DNA from: Octopus sinensis
Taxonomy: Eukaryota
Assembly: GCF_006345805.1 (NCBI RefSeq)
Contig: NC_042997.1
Location: 10,106,001-10,170,000, forward strand
Direction of reading: 5' to 3'
Length of the DNA stretch: 64,000 bases
This document shows positions 39,408 through 52,490 of this stretch, in pieces. Numbering within the stretch: position 1 is the stretch's first letter; each line of letters begins with the position of its first letter. The position numbers were made by a program, and so were the translations under genes. The notes beneath the pieces are model-generated. The model was given only the letters and a program-made list of their open reading frames with translations, was not told the origin of the DNA and ran no database searches.

Positions 39408-39994
39408 TTGTTGGCATCCTTTTTGTCTCGGGAGACAATGGAGTTGCGCATAAAGTAGTCTAGTCCGGCTTTTACATTTCATGTCCTGATACATTTCCTG
39501 CTGTGGCTGTGTAGTTCTATCCTGGACAAACACTCCCTCTGGCAGGCACCGCAAATGTAGCGAAGACTGTTCCTGGCTGGTTGTAATGCCATAGTTTCTT
39601 GTTGACGTCTTTTCTTGTCTTTCCATTTCTCCTCTCTTTCTCTGTCACTACTTTGTATTCCCTCTCTTACGGTACGTCGCCAATCTCCACGGTTGCCGGC
39701 AGCCGCCTCCCAACCGCTAATATTAATGTTGCAGGCCTTCATGTCCCTTTTGGAAACATCCTTGTAACGTAAGAGCGGTCTACCCACAGACCTGGTACCC
39801 CTAGCAAGCTCTCCGTAGAGTATGTCCTTGGGGATTCTGCCATCTTTCATGCGGCTAACATGCCCAAGCCATCTCATACGTCTTTGTGTGAGGAGTGCAA
39901 ACATGCTTGGTATTCCTGCTTGCCTGAGGACATCTTTGTTGGGGGATATGGTTCTGCCATTTGATGCGGAGGATTTTCCGGAGGCAGCGCAAAT
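39408..39994 (-). mobile_element. 5'-truncated RTE LINE 3' end with single C2H2 finger and TSD
   Basis: QRRMRWLGHVSRMKDGRIPKDILYGELARGTRSVGRP...CGACQRECLSRIELHSHSRKC; TTTTCTCG at 39400-39407 and 39995-40002. Confidence 0.9.
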
Positions 39995-40620
39995 TTTTCT
40001 CGATAGCGTAATATTTATTAGTTTCTAAATTTCAATTAATATCCAAAAGACTAGCGTTAGTAGTATTGCCCTACTTAAACCTACTTTTTTTAACTGACAC
40101 TACAAAACCTTTAAATCTATATAGATCAATTTGATCAAATTATGTGAGATATTACGGAAATTGTACTTGTGTAAAACTCCCATTGTGAAGAGAGTCCAAA
40201 AAAGTATAAATTCCAATAATTTCATATAATTAGGCCCCATCGTGAAAACCCATGGTGATATTAATTTTTTAAAACAAAGAATGAGTTGTGAAAATAGAGA
40301 ATACATTCACTTAGGTGAGTGATAAAAATATCAGATTCACTAATTGGTACTATGTTGTGGGTGAAATTTTAGCCTTTTTAGAGATGAGAGTAAGTTATAG
40401 AAGAATAAGCGTTTTATATCACATTATGAAGAATTTACAATTGTTTTATTACCGCGAGACTATTCTTAACACAGACGTGCTATTTATCATTCCATAATGG
40501 ATAAGGAGTAGCAATTTTTCTAAGCGGAATATACTCTAGGATGTACATACTGAATATGCGTAAACCGGTATTGACCGGTTTGATTATCTTTTATTTAGAG
40601 TTACTACAGATATTAATATT

Positions 40621-40989
40621 CTTTTCTACTCTAGGCACAAGGCCCAAAATTTTGGGAGAAGAGGCCAGTCGATTAGATCGACCCCAGTATGCAACTGGTA
40701 CTTAATTTATCAACTCCGAAAGGATGAAAGGTAAAGTCGACTTCCGCTGAACTTGAACTCAGAACGTAAAGACCAGACGGAATACTACATATATTAATAG
40801 TTATTTCTTTATTGCCCACAGGAGACTAAACATAGAGGGGACAACCAAGGACAGACAGAGGGATTAAGTCGATTACATCGATCCCAGTGCGCAAATGGTA
40901 CTTATTTAATCGACCCCGAAAGGATGAAAGGCAAAGTCGACCTCGGCGGAATTTGAACTCAGAACGTAAAGACAGACGAAATACTACAG
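40621..40989 (-). mobile_element. two tandem 5'-truncated SINEs with different tails
   Basis: 40621-40790 and 40802-40989, both GTCGACTTTGCC family; TACTACA.ATATT.ATA at 40602, 40783 and 40982. Confidence 0.85.
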
Positions 40990-41524
40990 ATATTGATATT
41001 ACGATCCTCACTTGGAACGTATTGTCTACGTGTCTCTACATATTCAACACTCCGGTATATATCAATTATAAAATTATTGTGCTCAGTCTCATAATAAATG
41101 GTCTTTTGATTTGTCATATGATACATGGATTTTATTTTTGTTCGAATTTCATACTACTCTGAAAGTTGTTACTTTGAAAGATGCGGTATTTTCCTAATAT
41201 GTATAATTTTTGCCAATATTTTCACAAACAGGGACCCAACCACACGCAAACATGTATGTAGGTGAACTGTATCTATGTATGTATACTATGCCGTATTGCA
41301 TAAGCGATCCTTATCTTTCATTCGACAAATGTGAAAAAAATTCTCATTACAATGTTAACCAGTAATATTCTTTTGTTATTCCATATCAAGCAACCAGTAT
41401 CAGTTATGATATTCAGATATATGTTGTTTTTTTTCGCTACTCTTTATAATTCAAATTTTAATATTGTGCTTTCTATCTTAACTCTTGTTTACGCTTATGT
41501 GTTCATACAGTTACATACGCACAT

Positions 41525-41909
41525 TGTGGAGGCGCAATGGCCCAGTGGTTAGGGCAGCGGACTCGCGGTCGTAGGATCGCGGTTTCGATTCCCAGACCGG
41601 GCGTTGTGAGTGTTTATTGAGCGAAAACACCTAAAGCTCCACGAGGCTCCGGCAGGGGGTGGTGGTGATCCCTGCTGCACTCTTTCACCACAACTTTCTC
41701 TCACTCTTACTTCCTGTTTCTGTTGGACCTGAATTTCAAAGGGCCGGCCTTGTCACTCTCTGCGTCACGCTGAATATCCCCGAGAACTACGTTAAGGGTA
41801 CACGTGTCTGTGGAATGCTCAGCCACTTACACGTTAATTTCACGAGCAGGCTGTTCCGTTGATCGGATCAACCGGAACCCTCGTCGTCGTAACCGACGGA
41901 GTGCTTCCA
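41525..41909 (+). mobile_element. tRNA-derived SINE, head type 1 + tail type A, 12-bp TSD
   Basis: TSD ACATACGCACAT at 41513-41524 and 41910-41921; near-identical to 52108-52490. Confidence 0.92.
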
Positions 41910-42039
41910 ACATACGCACATACAGATATATCCATATGCGAACAAATACAATTTGGTAATTGGAATGCACAAAAGCTTCGATCCTTTAGTCACTTACACT
42001 CATACACACAAACACACATATACACTCACACACACACAT

Positions 42040-42481
42040 TCTCACAAAAACACACATTGTTCATACATACATATACAGTATCTATAAACTTATACATACA
42101 TACACACATGCATACGCACCTACATAGATACATACATGCATACCACATACATACATATATACACACATACACAGATACGTACATAACACATGATACATAT
42201 ACACACATACATACATACACACACATGCAAACATGCATAGGCACACACATACATACATACATACATACATGCATACGCACATACATACATACATACATAT
42301 ATACATACATGCGTACGTACATAGATATATACATACATGCGTATGTACATACATACATACGTACATACATACATTCATACATATATACATACATACATAC
42401 GTACGTACATACATACATACATTCATACGTACATGCGTACGTACATACATACATACATACATACATACGTACATACATACG

Positions 42482-42514
<33 letters not shown>

Positions 42515-42620
42515 GCATACATACATACATGCATACATGCATACATGCATACGCACATACATACATACATACATACATACATACATACATACATACATAC
42601 ATACATACATACATACATAC
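42040..42620. repeat. compound (CATA)n/(CA)n microsatellite
   Basis: About 580 bp of CATA with CGTA/CATG variants. Confidence 0.95.
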
Positions 42621-44766
42621 GAACCGGACATAAGCGTTACTGTGTATCATCGTTAGATCCGTTTTAAGGTTTCAGTGAATTAGAAAGATAAATATTATGA
42701 AGTTAGTTATGAAGGGATATAGATAAATGGTGTAAGACAATTAATAATTCGAGCCATCTGTCATTTCGAATTTTGTGTCAGCCTAGTTTCAGCAAATATC
42801 AGTCTTGCTAATGGTTCGCTGCAAGTTAGACATGGCCAATCATAATCACTATAAAAAGCATTCCATCAATCAACGTCTCTTCATTTTTATACCATTGTAC
42901 TAGGTGTTCATGTAATTGTATTTTAAATAACGAAAGATGCAAATTAGCAGAGGTTTAACTGCTAGTTTTAGTATGTCAAGTGAGCACGCAAAGGCTCTTT
43001 TGTTAACTCGCAAAGGATCGGTCTCGTCGTCTCCCTCAACACTTAAACACCTCACTATATGATTCGTACTTTATTTATCCGTTTCCCACTCAAAGGAAAA
43101 GAATGGGAAGTCGATTTCAATTTAGAGTATGAATAAACACAGAGAACCACTTAGTCCGACACACACACTACCAACTTAACCTCATTTGTGTTTTAAAATA
43201 TTAAACACTATATTGTTTTTGAGGTTCAATTGTTTATAAAATATATATTACATAAAATATTTCTACCCATATTATTATATTTTCAATAAAAAGCGTTTTC
43301 AATATTTATTAAAAAAAAAATTATCCGAAATTTCATTATTCTTCTAGTATAATATATGATCGCTTATATATTTATTAGACACCATTATTAATCATGTGTG
43401 CCGTTTTATGAAAAGGCCTCCAGCAAAATCTTATTTACACATTGTATGTACACGTAGCATTCAACACATGAACAGATGCAGACATCACACAAATATACAA
43501 CCTAAACACATACACTCGTTGCGCACATACATTCACATACAAGTGTATCCAAGGCAAGGCATATATATGTGTGTATATGTGTGTTTGTTTGTGTGTACTT
43601 AATCCAAATACACATATATACACTCATATAATCACGAACATATGTTTTTGTGTGTGTATGTGTGTGTGTACAGAGGTAAACAGTCATATAAATACTCACT
43701 CTTGTGTACAGACGTAAATATCCAAGGGCAACCTATAATCATAAGTATGCGCATACACATATTAATATATACAACAACACACACATCAACACGTAAACAA
43801 ACAACGGTATATGAGCACAATTGAGGATGTAAATATGTGTGTGCGTGCGTGTACGTGTGTGTGTGTGTGTTTTTGTGTGCGTGTATGTATGGATACTATA
43901 TGAAGTTGTAATATCTGTGAAGCTAATGTCTCTGTCCATGTCTGTGTTCGTTCATATTATAACCTCATGTTAATACACCAATGTTTACGTAGTTCAGAAG
44001 ACATCTTGTTGACTTCACTGTTTGCTTAGTTAGTCTGGGGATGTTCTTCTATCAACAATGCAAAAGTCTGCATTTAAAATTACTTATATTTCCAAGTTTG
44101 TTCAGTCATAATCATTGCTGAAAGCTAATCTGAAGTTTATAATTGTAAGTATACGTAGAAAAGAAAACTGCTATTATAAAGCTCGTTAAACAACCGGAAA
44201 TTCTGTACGTTATATTTGGCAAAGGAAAGATGGCGTCGTTTCACTGATAATTTTCTCTCATAATTGTTCAATAAATTAGCAATTTGGTAGACTTTAATTT
44301 TGCGCAGGCACTTTTAATTTTTATACTTCTCTTTAGTTAGCGACTTTAGTTAACAAAGGTACGTGCATTCAGGGAAATGAGGCTGTGGCTTGATTTTCAT
44401 TAGCGTATTGAAGTCATTTCTCTTTCTCCTTACATTTTGTTTTTCACAATGCTATTTAGAAAGACATAACCATCACAAATACTAATTTCCTTTCATCTAT
44501 AAAAGTAAAAGCGTTTTATGTTATTTATTCTCGTCAAATATATTGAGTGTGTGCAATATAGTCATTATCGTTAGTAATATATTCTAATTTTGAGGGAGGG
44601 AGTTAACAGAAACAATAGATTGTGGTGAACACTGCGTCTATTTGCATTCTCTGCATAAATCCCATTGAGACCAACTTTGGGGTTCATCATTAAAAATCCG
44701 ATAAGACAAAGGCATGGGAAGAAGAGTGTTTGTTCATGACTTCAGCGAAATCATTGCTGTTAGGTA

Positions 44767-45021
44767 AAGTTTAAAAAAGGGTAAATTTTCCTTCTCGAGT
44801 CATATCAATTCATAAGGGCCGGTTTCCAGTTTCCCGGTTTCCACCTGGACGGGACACTAGTCCGTTGCAGGATTACCCATTTTTGCCAGCTAAGTAGACT
44901 GGAGCAATGTGAAATGAAGTGTTTTGATCAAGAACACAACGCGTCACCCAGTCCAGAAATTGAAACCACAATCTCATGATCATGAGTCCAACACCCGAAC
45001 CATTAAGCCGCGCGCTTCTAC
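44767..45021 (-). mobile_element. SINE, head type 2 + tail type B, 15-bp TSD
   Basis: TSD CATTGCTGTTAGGTA at 44752-44766 and 45022-45036; minus tail CCTGCAACGGACTAGTGTCCCGTCCAG..GAAACCGGGAAACTGG. Confidence 0.85.
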
Positions 45022-47289
45022 CATTGCTGTTAGGTATAACCTTTAAGACAGTACATTGTGACTTGTGAGAAATTATCTCTTCTTTTCAGTAGATTGAATG
45101 GACATGTGTTAGATGTTTGCTGAACAAACTTCTGTGCCAGTAAACGACTTTCTCTCCCTTCCTCTCTTTCTTTCTCCCTGTTTCTCTCTTTCAATCTCGT
45201 TTTCTCCCTCTCTCTCTCTCACTCTATTTCATGTGGTGGTTGAGGTAACAGACGGAAGAAATGACGTGTTGCCTCGTTATTCTAGCGAATTTGTTACCGT
45301 TAAGAGCGATGTGAAATTTGGCTTAGCTCGGGAAGACTTACAATAGGCAGGATTTGTTGATCACGTGTATACATACTTACCCATATTAACATCATTATGA
45401 TAATATTTAGAACATCAGCTACTTGATAGTATCTATATCTCTCTGAACACAATGCCGTGCATTTTGCAGTGTTTATTAAGTTCTCAGTTCACTGTTATAT
45501 TGAATACAAATTTGCCTTTCTAAGTCAATATATTAAGTCTCAGTTAAGTACCAGATGTAATTGCGGTTTCTTAATACAGCACTGTTAAGAATATTCATTT
45601 TATCATTATTTTCTTGGTGTAGTGACTTCGTCGCTTAGTTTCGAGTTCTGTCGGCACCAATATATATTTTACATCTAAGATTTCGACGGTAATGTGCTAA
45701 TAGATTATGTTTTTTTCTGGGATTTTTTAATGTCGACATATGTGCTATTGTTATCAACATATTGAATTGAATCTGATGCATATATTAGACTTTTAATAAC
45801 TTGTAATTAGAACCCATAAAAAATGTATTCATATTTACATGAGGTGTCCCAAATATTATAGTTCACGGTATCAGCCAGACATATTTAAATAACAACGTTG
45901 GATTGTGTGTGTATGAGAGAGAGAGAGAGAGAGAGAGACTGTGTGTTTGTGTCTCTGTGTGTGTGTGTGTGTATGCGTATGTCTGTGTGTGTAGTGTACT
46001 ATTCTGTGATGGTAAGATCAACAAAAAAGTACTCCATCTGGTGAGAGATAAATATTATTTTATAAACACAATATGTTTTTATGGACTACTGTTATTTTCA
46101 TGCGACGAAAGCATCTCAGATTGCATTTTTAACACATCTGGTGCCTTATTGCAAACTTCAGACAATGTCCACAAGGCAGAACAAGCTAGAATATGGCGAT
46201 AGCATGAGAGAAAAACCCCCAGAAAAAACTGAGAAATAAATAGATATAAAAGGAGGAAGGGTGAAAAACTGGAAAACGAAAAGGAAAACAGAAAGAAGCA
46301 AAAAGGGAGGATCACAGCTATGTCTCCTTTGACCGGAAAATATAAAGCTCTACTTTACTATCCTTTCAACCTTATATTTTCCGGTCAAAAAGATTATTAT
46401 GAAACGTGTTCCAGTCATGTATAAACTATAGAATACAATTGTCAGGAAAATCGCTAATCTACTTATCCACAGTCAAATGAAACTTTAAATCAAAACAGCA
46501 TAAATTACATCCTACTGACTGCAAGTCCATTTAAATACAGATAAAAACCAACATATTTATATTTTCAGAGGTTTACGGGACGATCCGGCACTAGCGTCGT
46601 AACCTATATTAAAACTAATGAATTAGCTTGCAGTATTAAATGACGCATTCCTGTAGACTCACTAGGTCTTTTACACAATTAAACTTTTTCCGTAATCTGT
46701 GCGTGACTGAAGAATTTTTCATAATAAACCATCTCGCAAAAACATCGAGAAAACAAACTGAAACAAACATTTCCAAACATGCTCTGCTAATTGCTTCGAA
46801 GTCATACACATATTTCAACAATATATTACTCAAATGACCCACAAATGCTATAAAAGATAACGCAACGTTGTAATAACAACGTTAGATGACCTCCACTTCG
46901 ATATTATACTCCCAAATTTTATTGAATAATATTATAATGAATATTAATAAAGATAGCTAAAAAAAAGCTCAACATATATTTTATATAAAATTATATCGTA
47001 ACGGGTTGTAAGTGTACACGTTATTCATTATAAAACCGTTGACACCACCAAAGCTACTGTGATAATTTTAATAAATTATATTGGCTTAACGTATAAAGAT
47101 GGGATCTAAAAACTTTCTCCTTGTGACCTGACAATCTATATCACGCTGACAAAATCTTAGAATTATGTAATATTCAGCTATTTATAAATATAGGATTTAT
47201 TGTAATCTGCAAACAAGTATGTAGTTGTCATTTAATTTATCATCAGTTTAATATATTTACAAGTGATCAGGGAAACACCTGGAGGGATA

Positions 47290-47307
47290 TCTAGCTAGCT
47301 AGCTAGC

Positions 47308-47393
<86 letters not shown>
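47290..47393. repeat. (CTAG)n/(TAGA)n microsatellite
   Basis: Direct reading. Confidence 0.95.
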
Positions 47394-47416
47394 CCAGACT
47401 CTAGTAATTAATATTA

Positions 47417-47626
47417 GTTTCAAATGTAGGCACAGGCCAGCAACTTCGAGGGAGTAGGTTAGTCGATTACCTCGACTCCAGTATTCAACTGGTACTTATT
47501 TTATCGACTCCGAAAGGATGAAAGGGAAAGTCGAACTCAGCGAAATTTGAACTCAAAGCGTAAAAACGAATGAAATGCCGCTAAGCATTTTGCTTAGATT
47601 GGTAATTATTCTGCCAGCTCACCACC
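47417..47626 (-). mobile_element. SINE (GTCGACTTTGCC family)
   Basis: Reverse complement of family consensus; flanked by AGTAA(T/C)TAATATTA direct repeats. Confidence 0.85.
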
Positions 47627-47656
47627 ATATAAGTAACTAATATTAATTACTAGAGT

Positions 47657-47865
47657 AAGGCAGTGAGCTGGCAAAATCGTTGTCACACCAGGCAAAATGC
47701 TTAGCGGCATTTCTTCCGTCTTTACGCTTCGAGTTCAAATGCCTCCGTAGCCGTCTTTTCCTTTTGTGGTCGATAAAATAGGTACCAGTTAAGCACTGGA
47801 GTCGATGTAATCGACTTAACCTCTCCTCCGAACTTCCTGGCCGTGTGCCAAAATTTTTAATCAAT
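47657..47865 (+). mobile_element. SINE (GTCGACTTTGCC family)
   Basis: AAGGCAGTGAGCTGGCAAAATCG...GGCCGTGTGCCAAAATTT. Confidence 0.85.
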
Positions 47866-48042
47866 ATTAGCTTTTTATGTTAATTTTTCTTAATCTAAGC
47901 AGTCAGTCTTTTGTTTTCGCTTAGTTGTGGTTAATATATTGCTGGTTCACAACAGACTTGACTTTCAAATGCCTAAGGCATTTCAACTTTTCCGTTTCTA
48001 AATTAGATACATATACAAACGTAAACTCATACGTATGTATGC

Positions 48043-48108
<66 letters not shown>

Positions 48109-48118
48109 ACACACACAG

Positions 48119-48169
<51 letters not shown>

Positions 48170-48445
48170 ATAAACAGTTTGAATTAGTTTTAGAAGGTCT
48201 ATTCCCTGCTGAACATTCTCACTTTGTTAGACAACAGCTGAATCTTTCGTGATACAACCAAAATTATCAATGCACAAAAGAAATTAGTCACAATTATATT
48301 TCCTAATTCTATTCTACACCAAGTAAAATTGCATGCATTGTGAAACGCAAAATTACAATTTCTTTTTATTTTCGAAGCTCTAATTTCGAGCAATAAGTAA
48401 TAGATACTGGGATTGATTGGATTATAATCTACAGTTATAATCTAC

Positions 48446-48860
48446 AGGCGCAGGAGTGGCTCTGTAGTAAGTAGCTTGCTTACCAACCACATGGTCCGGG
48501 TTCAGTCCCACTGCGTGGCACCTTGGACAAGTGTCTTCTTCTATAGCCTCGGGCCTACCAAAGTCTTGTGAGTGGATTTGGTAGACGGAAACTGAAAGAA
48601 ACCCGTCGTATATATGTATGTGTGTGTGTGTCTGTGTTTGTGTGTCTGTATTTGTCCCCCCAACATCGCCTGACAACCGTTGCTGATGTGTTTACGTCCC
48701 CGTAATTTAGCGGTTCGATGAAAGAGACCGATAGAATTAAGTACTAGGCTTACAAAGAATAAGTCCTGGGGTCGATCTGCTCGATCGACTAAAGCCGGTG
48801 CTCCAGCATGGCCGCAATCAAATGCCTGAAACAAGTAAAAGAGTAAAAGAGTAAAGAGAG
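48446..48860 (+). mobile_element. full-length tRNA-derived SINE with internal (GT) tract
   Basis: GCGCAGGAGTGGCTCTGTAGTAAG...GGTTCAGTCCC head; ends GAAACAAGTAAAAGAGTAAAAGAG; partial copies at 174, 4663, 16222, 17010. Confidence 0.88.
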
Positions 48861-49284
48861 TTCTCTTTTGCCTACGTTAAAGAACAATGGTCTTATGGTC
48901 ATTCATGTTTCTCACCAACATTTTTCTCTATCTACCTTGCCTTACTTCTCTTTTTATATATATATATTTTTATCTGATTATTATAAGTTAAAATTTCATA
49001 TAGAATTGATGAATTATATATATTTAGTATAAATAAATATCTTAGCACTGAGCTGCAAAATACTTTAATATGAAATAATTATGAGTTATTAGATAGGAAC
49101 AAGGTCTTAGATTCTGCAATAAGATATAATCGATTAGAGGCCAGGATACTGGCGCTTATTTTATCGGTCCCGAAATAATGTAAGATAAAGTCTACCATAA
49201 AGATTGCTCTAACAAAATGATTAACTTGTAAAATATATGTGTGTATGTGTGTGCGTAATATACACACGCGCGCGCACACGCACA

Positions 49285-49465
49285 CACACATGACAGAAGT
49301 AAATAGACACGCTTATAATCTTTAGAATTTATTTAAATGTGAAATTGTACATCCAAATTATTTATTAATTATTATAATGTGGATATGTAATATTTAGTAG
49401 ACAATATCTTGCCAAGTTTCACGCTGTAATCTCACAAGATCTGGCTTTGAAGATGCTTTCTTGTT

Positions 49466-49519
<54 letters not shown>

Positions 49520-49525
49520 GCACAG

Positions 49526-49560
<35 letters not shown>

Positions 49561-50499
49561 CACACACAATAAACAGTTTGAATTAGTATGTCCCAGAGGT
49601 GTTCAGTAGGGTTCACATCTGGTGACTGGTCATGGAAACTTTTTAATGCCATTTTCATCCAACAAAACTTGGGTCATTTTAGCCGTGTGACAAGGAGCCC
49701 CATTTTCCATGAATAAAGAGTCTTCTTTTATCATTTCACCACTGTAGAAGATTGGAAGGAGTCCCTTCTGCAATATGGACACATATATATCTGAGTTTAT
49801 GTTTCCCTCACACTCCACCAGCTCTGATCAATCATTGCTTCAAATCGCTCCCCAGCTGCTATGTTTCATTGTTGGCTGCAATCTTTTCACATCAAATTCT
49901 TGATCACAGAGTCTCCAGACCCACACTCGACCAATGTCTAGAAATGCAGCAAATCTGGACTCATCAGAGAATATGACAGAGCCCTAAAAGGCTAGTGGTC
50001 TCTCCACCATCTCACTGGCCCAATCTTTTCTCCGCTTGATGTTGGCTGGTCGAAGAAGTGACTTCCTTCTTACTGCTCTGCCATAGAAACCAAGTTTGGG
50101 GAGATACCTGACAGCTGTTCTGAGACTAACATCAACGTGTTCTGTTATGTTGGAGGCCTTGCAACGAGGATTATCCTCCACATTTTTCTTAACAAAGAGA
50201 ATGGCCCTGGTTGATCTGGGTGAAGTGGTATGGACTCTTTCCTCTCTCTGGGGAATTGCACAATCACTCTATTAACTGCGACTTAACGCTGACTATGTCC
50301 ACCTTCAGAATGACACACAATAAGGCCTCTTTGAAATTCAGACAGTTCCAAGGTTTCTTTTGTACATGGTATAATTAAACAGTCACCTATAGAATCTGAA
50401 ACATAAAAATGTGTGTTAATAAAAAATATAAACTTTTACAAGTTAGAATAAATATAAAACGATGCTTTATGGAGGGTTTCTATTTACTTGTCATGTCTG
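49285..50499 (-). mobile_element. Tc1-like (DD34E) element, degenerate but near full length
   Basis: LSEFQRGLIV N-terminus; VIFSDESRF; FMENGAPCHTAK; SPDVNPTEHLWD; TIR-like CACATGACAGAAGTAAATAGACAC (49285-49310) vs GTTTCTATTTACTTGTCATGTCTG (50476-50499). Confidence 0.85.
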
Positions 50500-50527
50500 T
50501 GTGTATATATATATATATGTGTGAGTG

Positions 50528-50560
<33 letters not shown>

Positions 50561-50579
50561 TTGTATGTGTGTGTGTGTG

Positions 50580-50906
50580 TGAGCTCAAAACCTCTCGTGG
50601 AAGCGTCATCCAACCAAAATGCAAATATATGGGAAACTACCACCTGTGTCATATCTTGTGAAAGGTAGGAGTGTCCAGTTTGCTGGACATTGTTGTAGAG
50701 ATGAAAACGAGGCAATTTCTACTCTTCTCCTCTGGAAGCCATCAACTCGCAATACCAGAGGGCGCACTCTCTCCTACCCTGATGTAATCTCCAGGGATAC
50801 AGGCATCCAGCAACAGGACCTCCGTAATGCTATGATGGACCGTGAAGACTGGCGTAGCATGGTAAATTCCATTGTCTCGACCACGGTCGAACAATGATGA
50901 TGATGA
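50580..50906 (+). mobile_element. RTE-group LINE 3' end
   Basis: GRSVQFAGHCCRDENEAISTLLLWKP...GRTLSYPDVISRDTG...AMMDREDWR then (TGA)n tail. Confidence 0.8.
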
Positions 50907-50924
50907 AGTGTGTGTAAAAGCGGA

Positions 50925-51090
50925 GTGCTGGCTGAATCGTTAGCATACCGGACGAAATGTTTAACGATACTTCGTCTGTCTTTGTTCTGTGTTCATGTTT
51001 TGTCGACATTGGCTGTCATCCTTTCGGGGTCGATAAAATAAGTACCAGTTGAGCACTGTGATGAATGTCATTGACTTAGCTATCCCTGTG
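50925..51090 (+). mobile_element. degenerate SINE (GTCGACTTTGCC family)
   Basis: CATCCTTTCGGGGTCGATAAAATAAGTACCAGTTGAGCACTG. Confidence 0.6.
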
Positions 51091-52107
51091 TAAGAGTATA
51101 CCAAAAGAACTGCACCGCTCTGCCAAGCCATGTCAAGGCAGTGTGGAAGAGTAGGCTCATCAAACCAGTATGATCTCAAGCTCAAATGCCCAGTCTCTTT
51201 ATCAGACCGTGGTCGGTGGAGAGAACATGCTGAGGACTTTGTCCTGGTCATGGGCAACCCCATCCAATAAAGAATATGAATATAAATGTATACATACATA
51301 CATACATACATACATACATACATACACACAGACAGACAGACAGACAGACTGAAGCTACCAGTGGTCAGCATATTTTCCCCTAAATTCTAAGTTCAAAGTA
51401 TTACCCTTTAAACATTAGAGTTCAAGTTATTAAACATTAGAGGTCATGTCATTAATCAGAAATAGAATTTTCAGCCCTGTTTAACTACACTTATTTCGAC
51501 ACGCCAGCGAGGACTCGATATAAATAAATCGATTTCTTCTGATGCCCGCAGAGAAATATTATTGCTCTTACTCTGTGAAATCTCCTTCCTCAAATCGATA
51601 ACCGGTGAGAGCGGTTAATGAGATTCACTATACAGATAGAAAGTTTGAAAGCGTGAAAGTTTTGATAAAGAGAAATAAAGGAAAAAGAGTCTTAAAATGA
51701 ATTATTGCGCGTAAATTCAGGCACGAAATATCATACTATTGTAGGCTATTCCAGCCGCAGCATAAGTTTTTGGTCGAAGTGGAGTACAATTTTTGGAGAT
51801 TTAAGCAAGATGAAACTGTTGTAACAACATTATAGTAGACGTAGTATTTGGTAATCTTCTTAATATCGAGTCCACTGGATGTAAAATAATATTTGGAAAC
51901 AGAGTTACAAATTGAACAACTATCAGATTGTTAAAAATCAACCTGTCTTCCTTCAGCTTGAGTAACTTCATAGAACCCGCCCTCGTTCACTCAATTGGCA
52001 ACCGCTCGATCTGCAAGAAATAGCGACAAAATTTCCCTTAAAACAAGTCACATTGGAAAGTGTGGTTCTATAACTATGTCAGTATGAAAGAAAGATATTA
52101 TGCTCAC

Positions 52108-52490
52108 AGAGGCGCAATGGCCCAGTGGTTAGGGCAGCGGACTCGCGGTCATAGGATCGCGGTTTCGATTCCCAGACCGGGCGTTGTGAGTGTTTATTGA
52201 GCGAAAACACCTAAAGCTCCACGAGGTCCCGGCAGGGGTGGTGATCCCTGCTGTACTCTTTCACCACAACTTTCTCTCACTCTTACTTCCTGTTTCTGTT
52301 GTACCTTGTATTTCAAAGGGCCGACCTTGTCACTCTCTGTGTCACCCTGAATATCCCCGAGAACTACGTTAAAGGTATACGTGTCTGTGGAGTGCTCAGC
52401 CACTTACACGTTAATTTCACGAGCAGGCTGTTCCGTTGATTCGGATCAACCGGAACCTTCGTCGTCGTAACCGACGGAGTGCTTCCATCA
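52108..52490 (+). mobile_element. tRNA-derived SINE, head type 1 + tail type A, 11-bp TSD
   Basis: ATTAT(G/A)CTCAC at 52097-52107 and 52491-52501. Confidence 0.9.

Noticed and set aside
41527-41600. tRNA-like cloverleaf (also at 17313 and 52108)
   Set aside because: SINE heads with continuing body and TSDs, not tRNA genes.
43082-43110. Pair of Su(H)-like TGGGAA sites
   Set aside because: Orientation is opposite to the canonical paired site.
44191-44235. ETS-like ACCGGAAA and YY1-like AAGATGGCG motifs
   Set aside because: Short motifs expected by chance; the ATG opens only MASFH*; no other promoter evidence.
46569-46598. 30-nt GC-rich micro-exon candidate
   Set aside because: Weak donor (GTAACC) and no recognisable peptide.
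47401-47653. 18-bp inverted repeat flanking a SINE
   Set aside because: Explained by an ordinary direct TSD in a quasi-palindromic AT-rich target.
49961-49967. CTGATGA on the minus strand
   Set aside because: It is the Tc1 FSDES codons; no stem II or GAAA follows. Other isolated CTGANGA hits (11201, 13389, 59773, 62965) also lack hammerhead stems.
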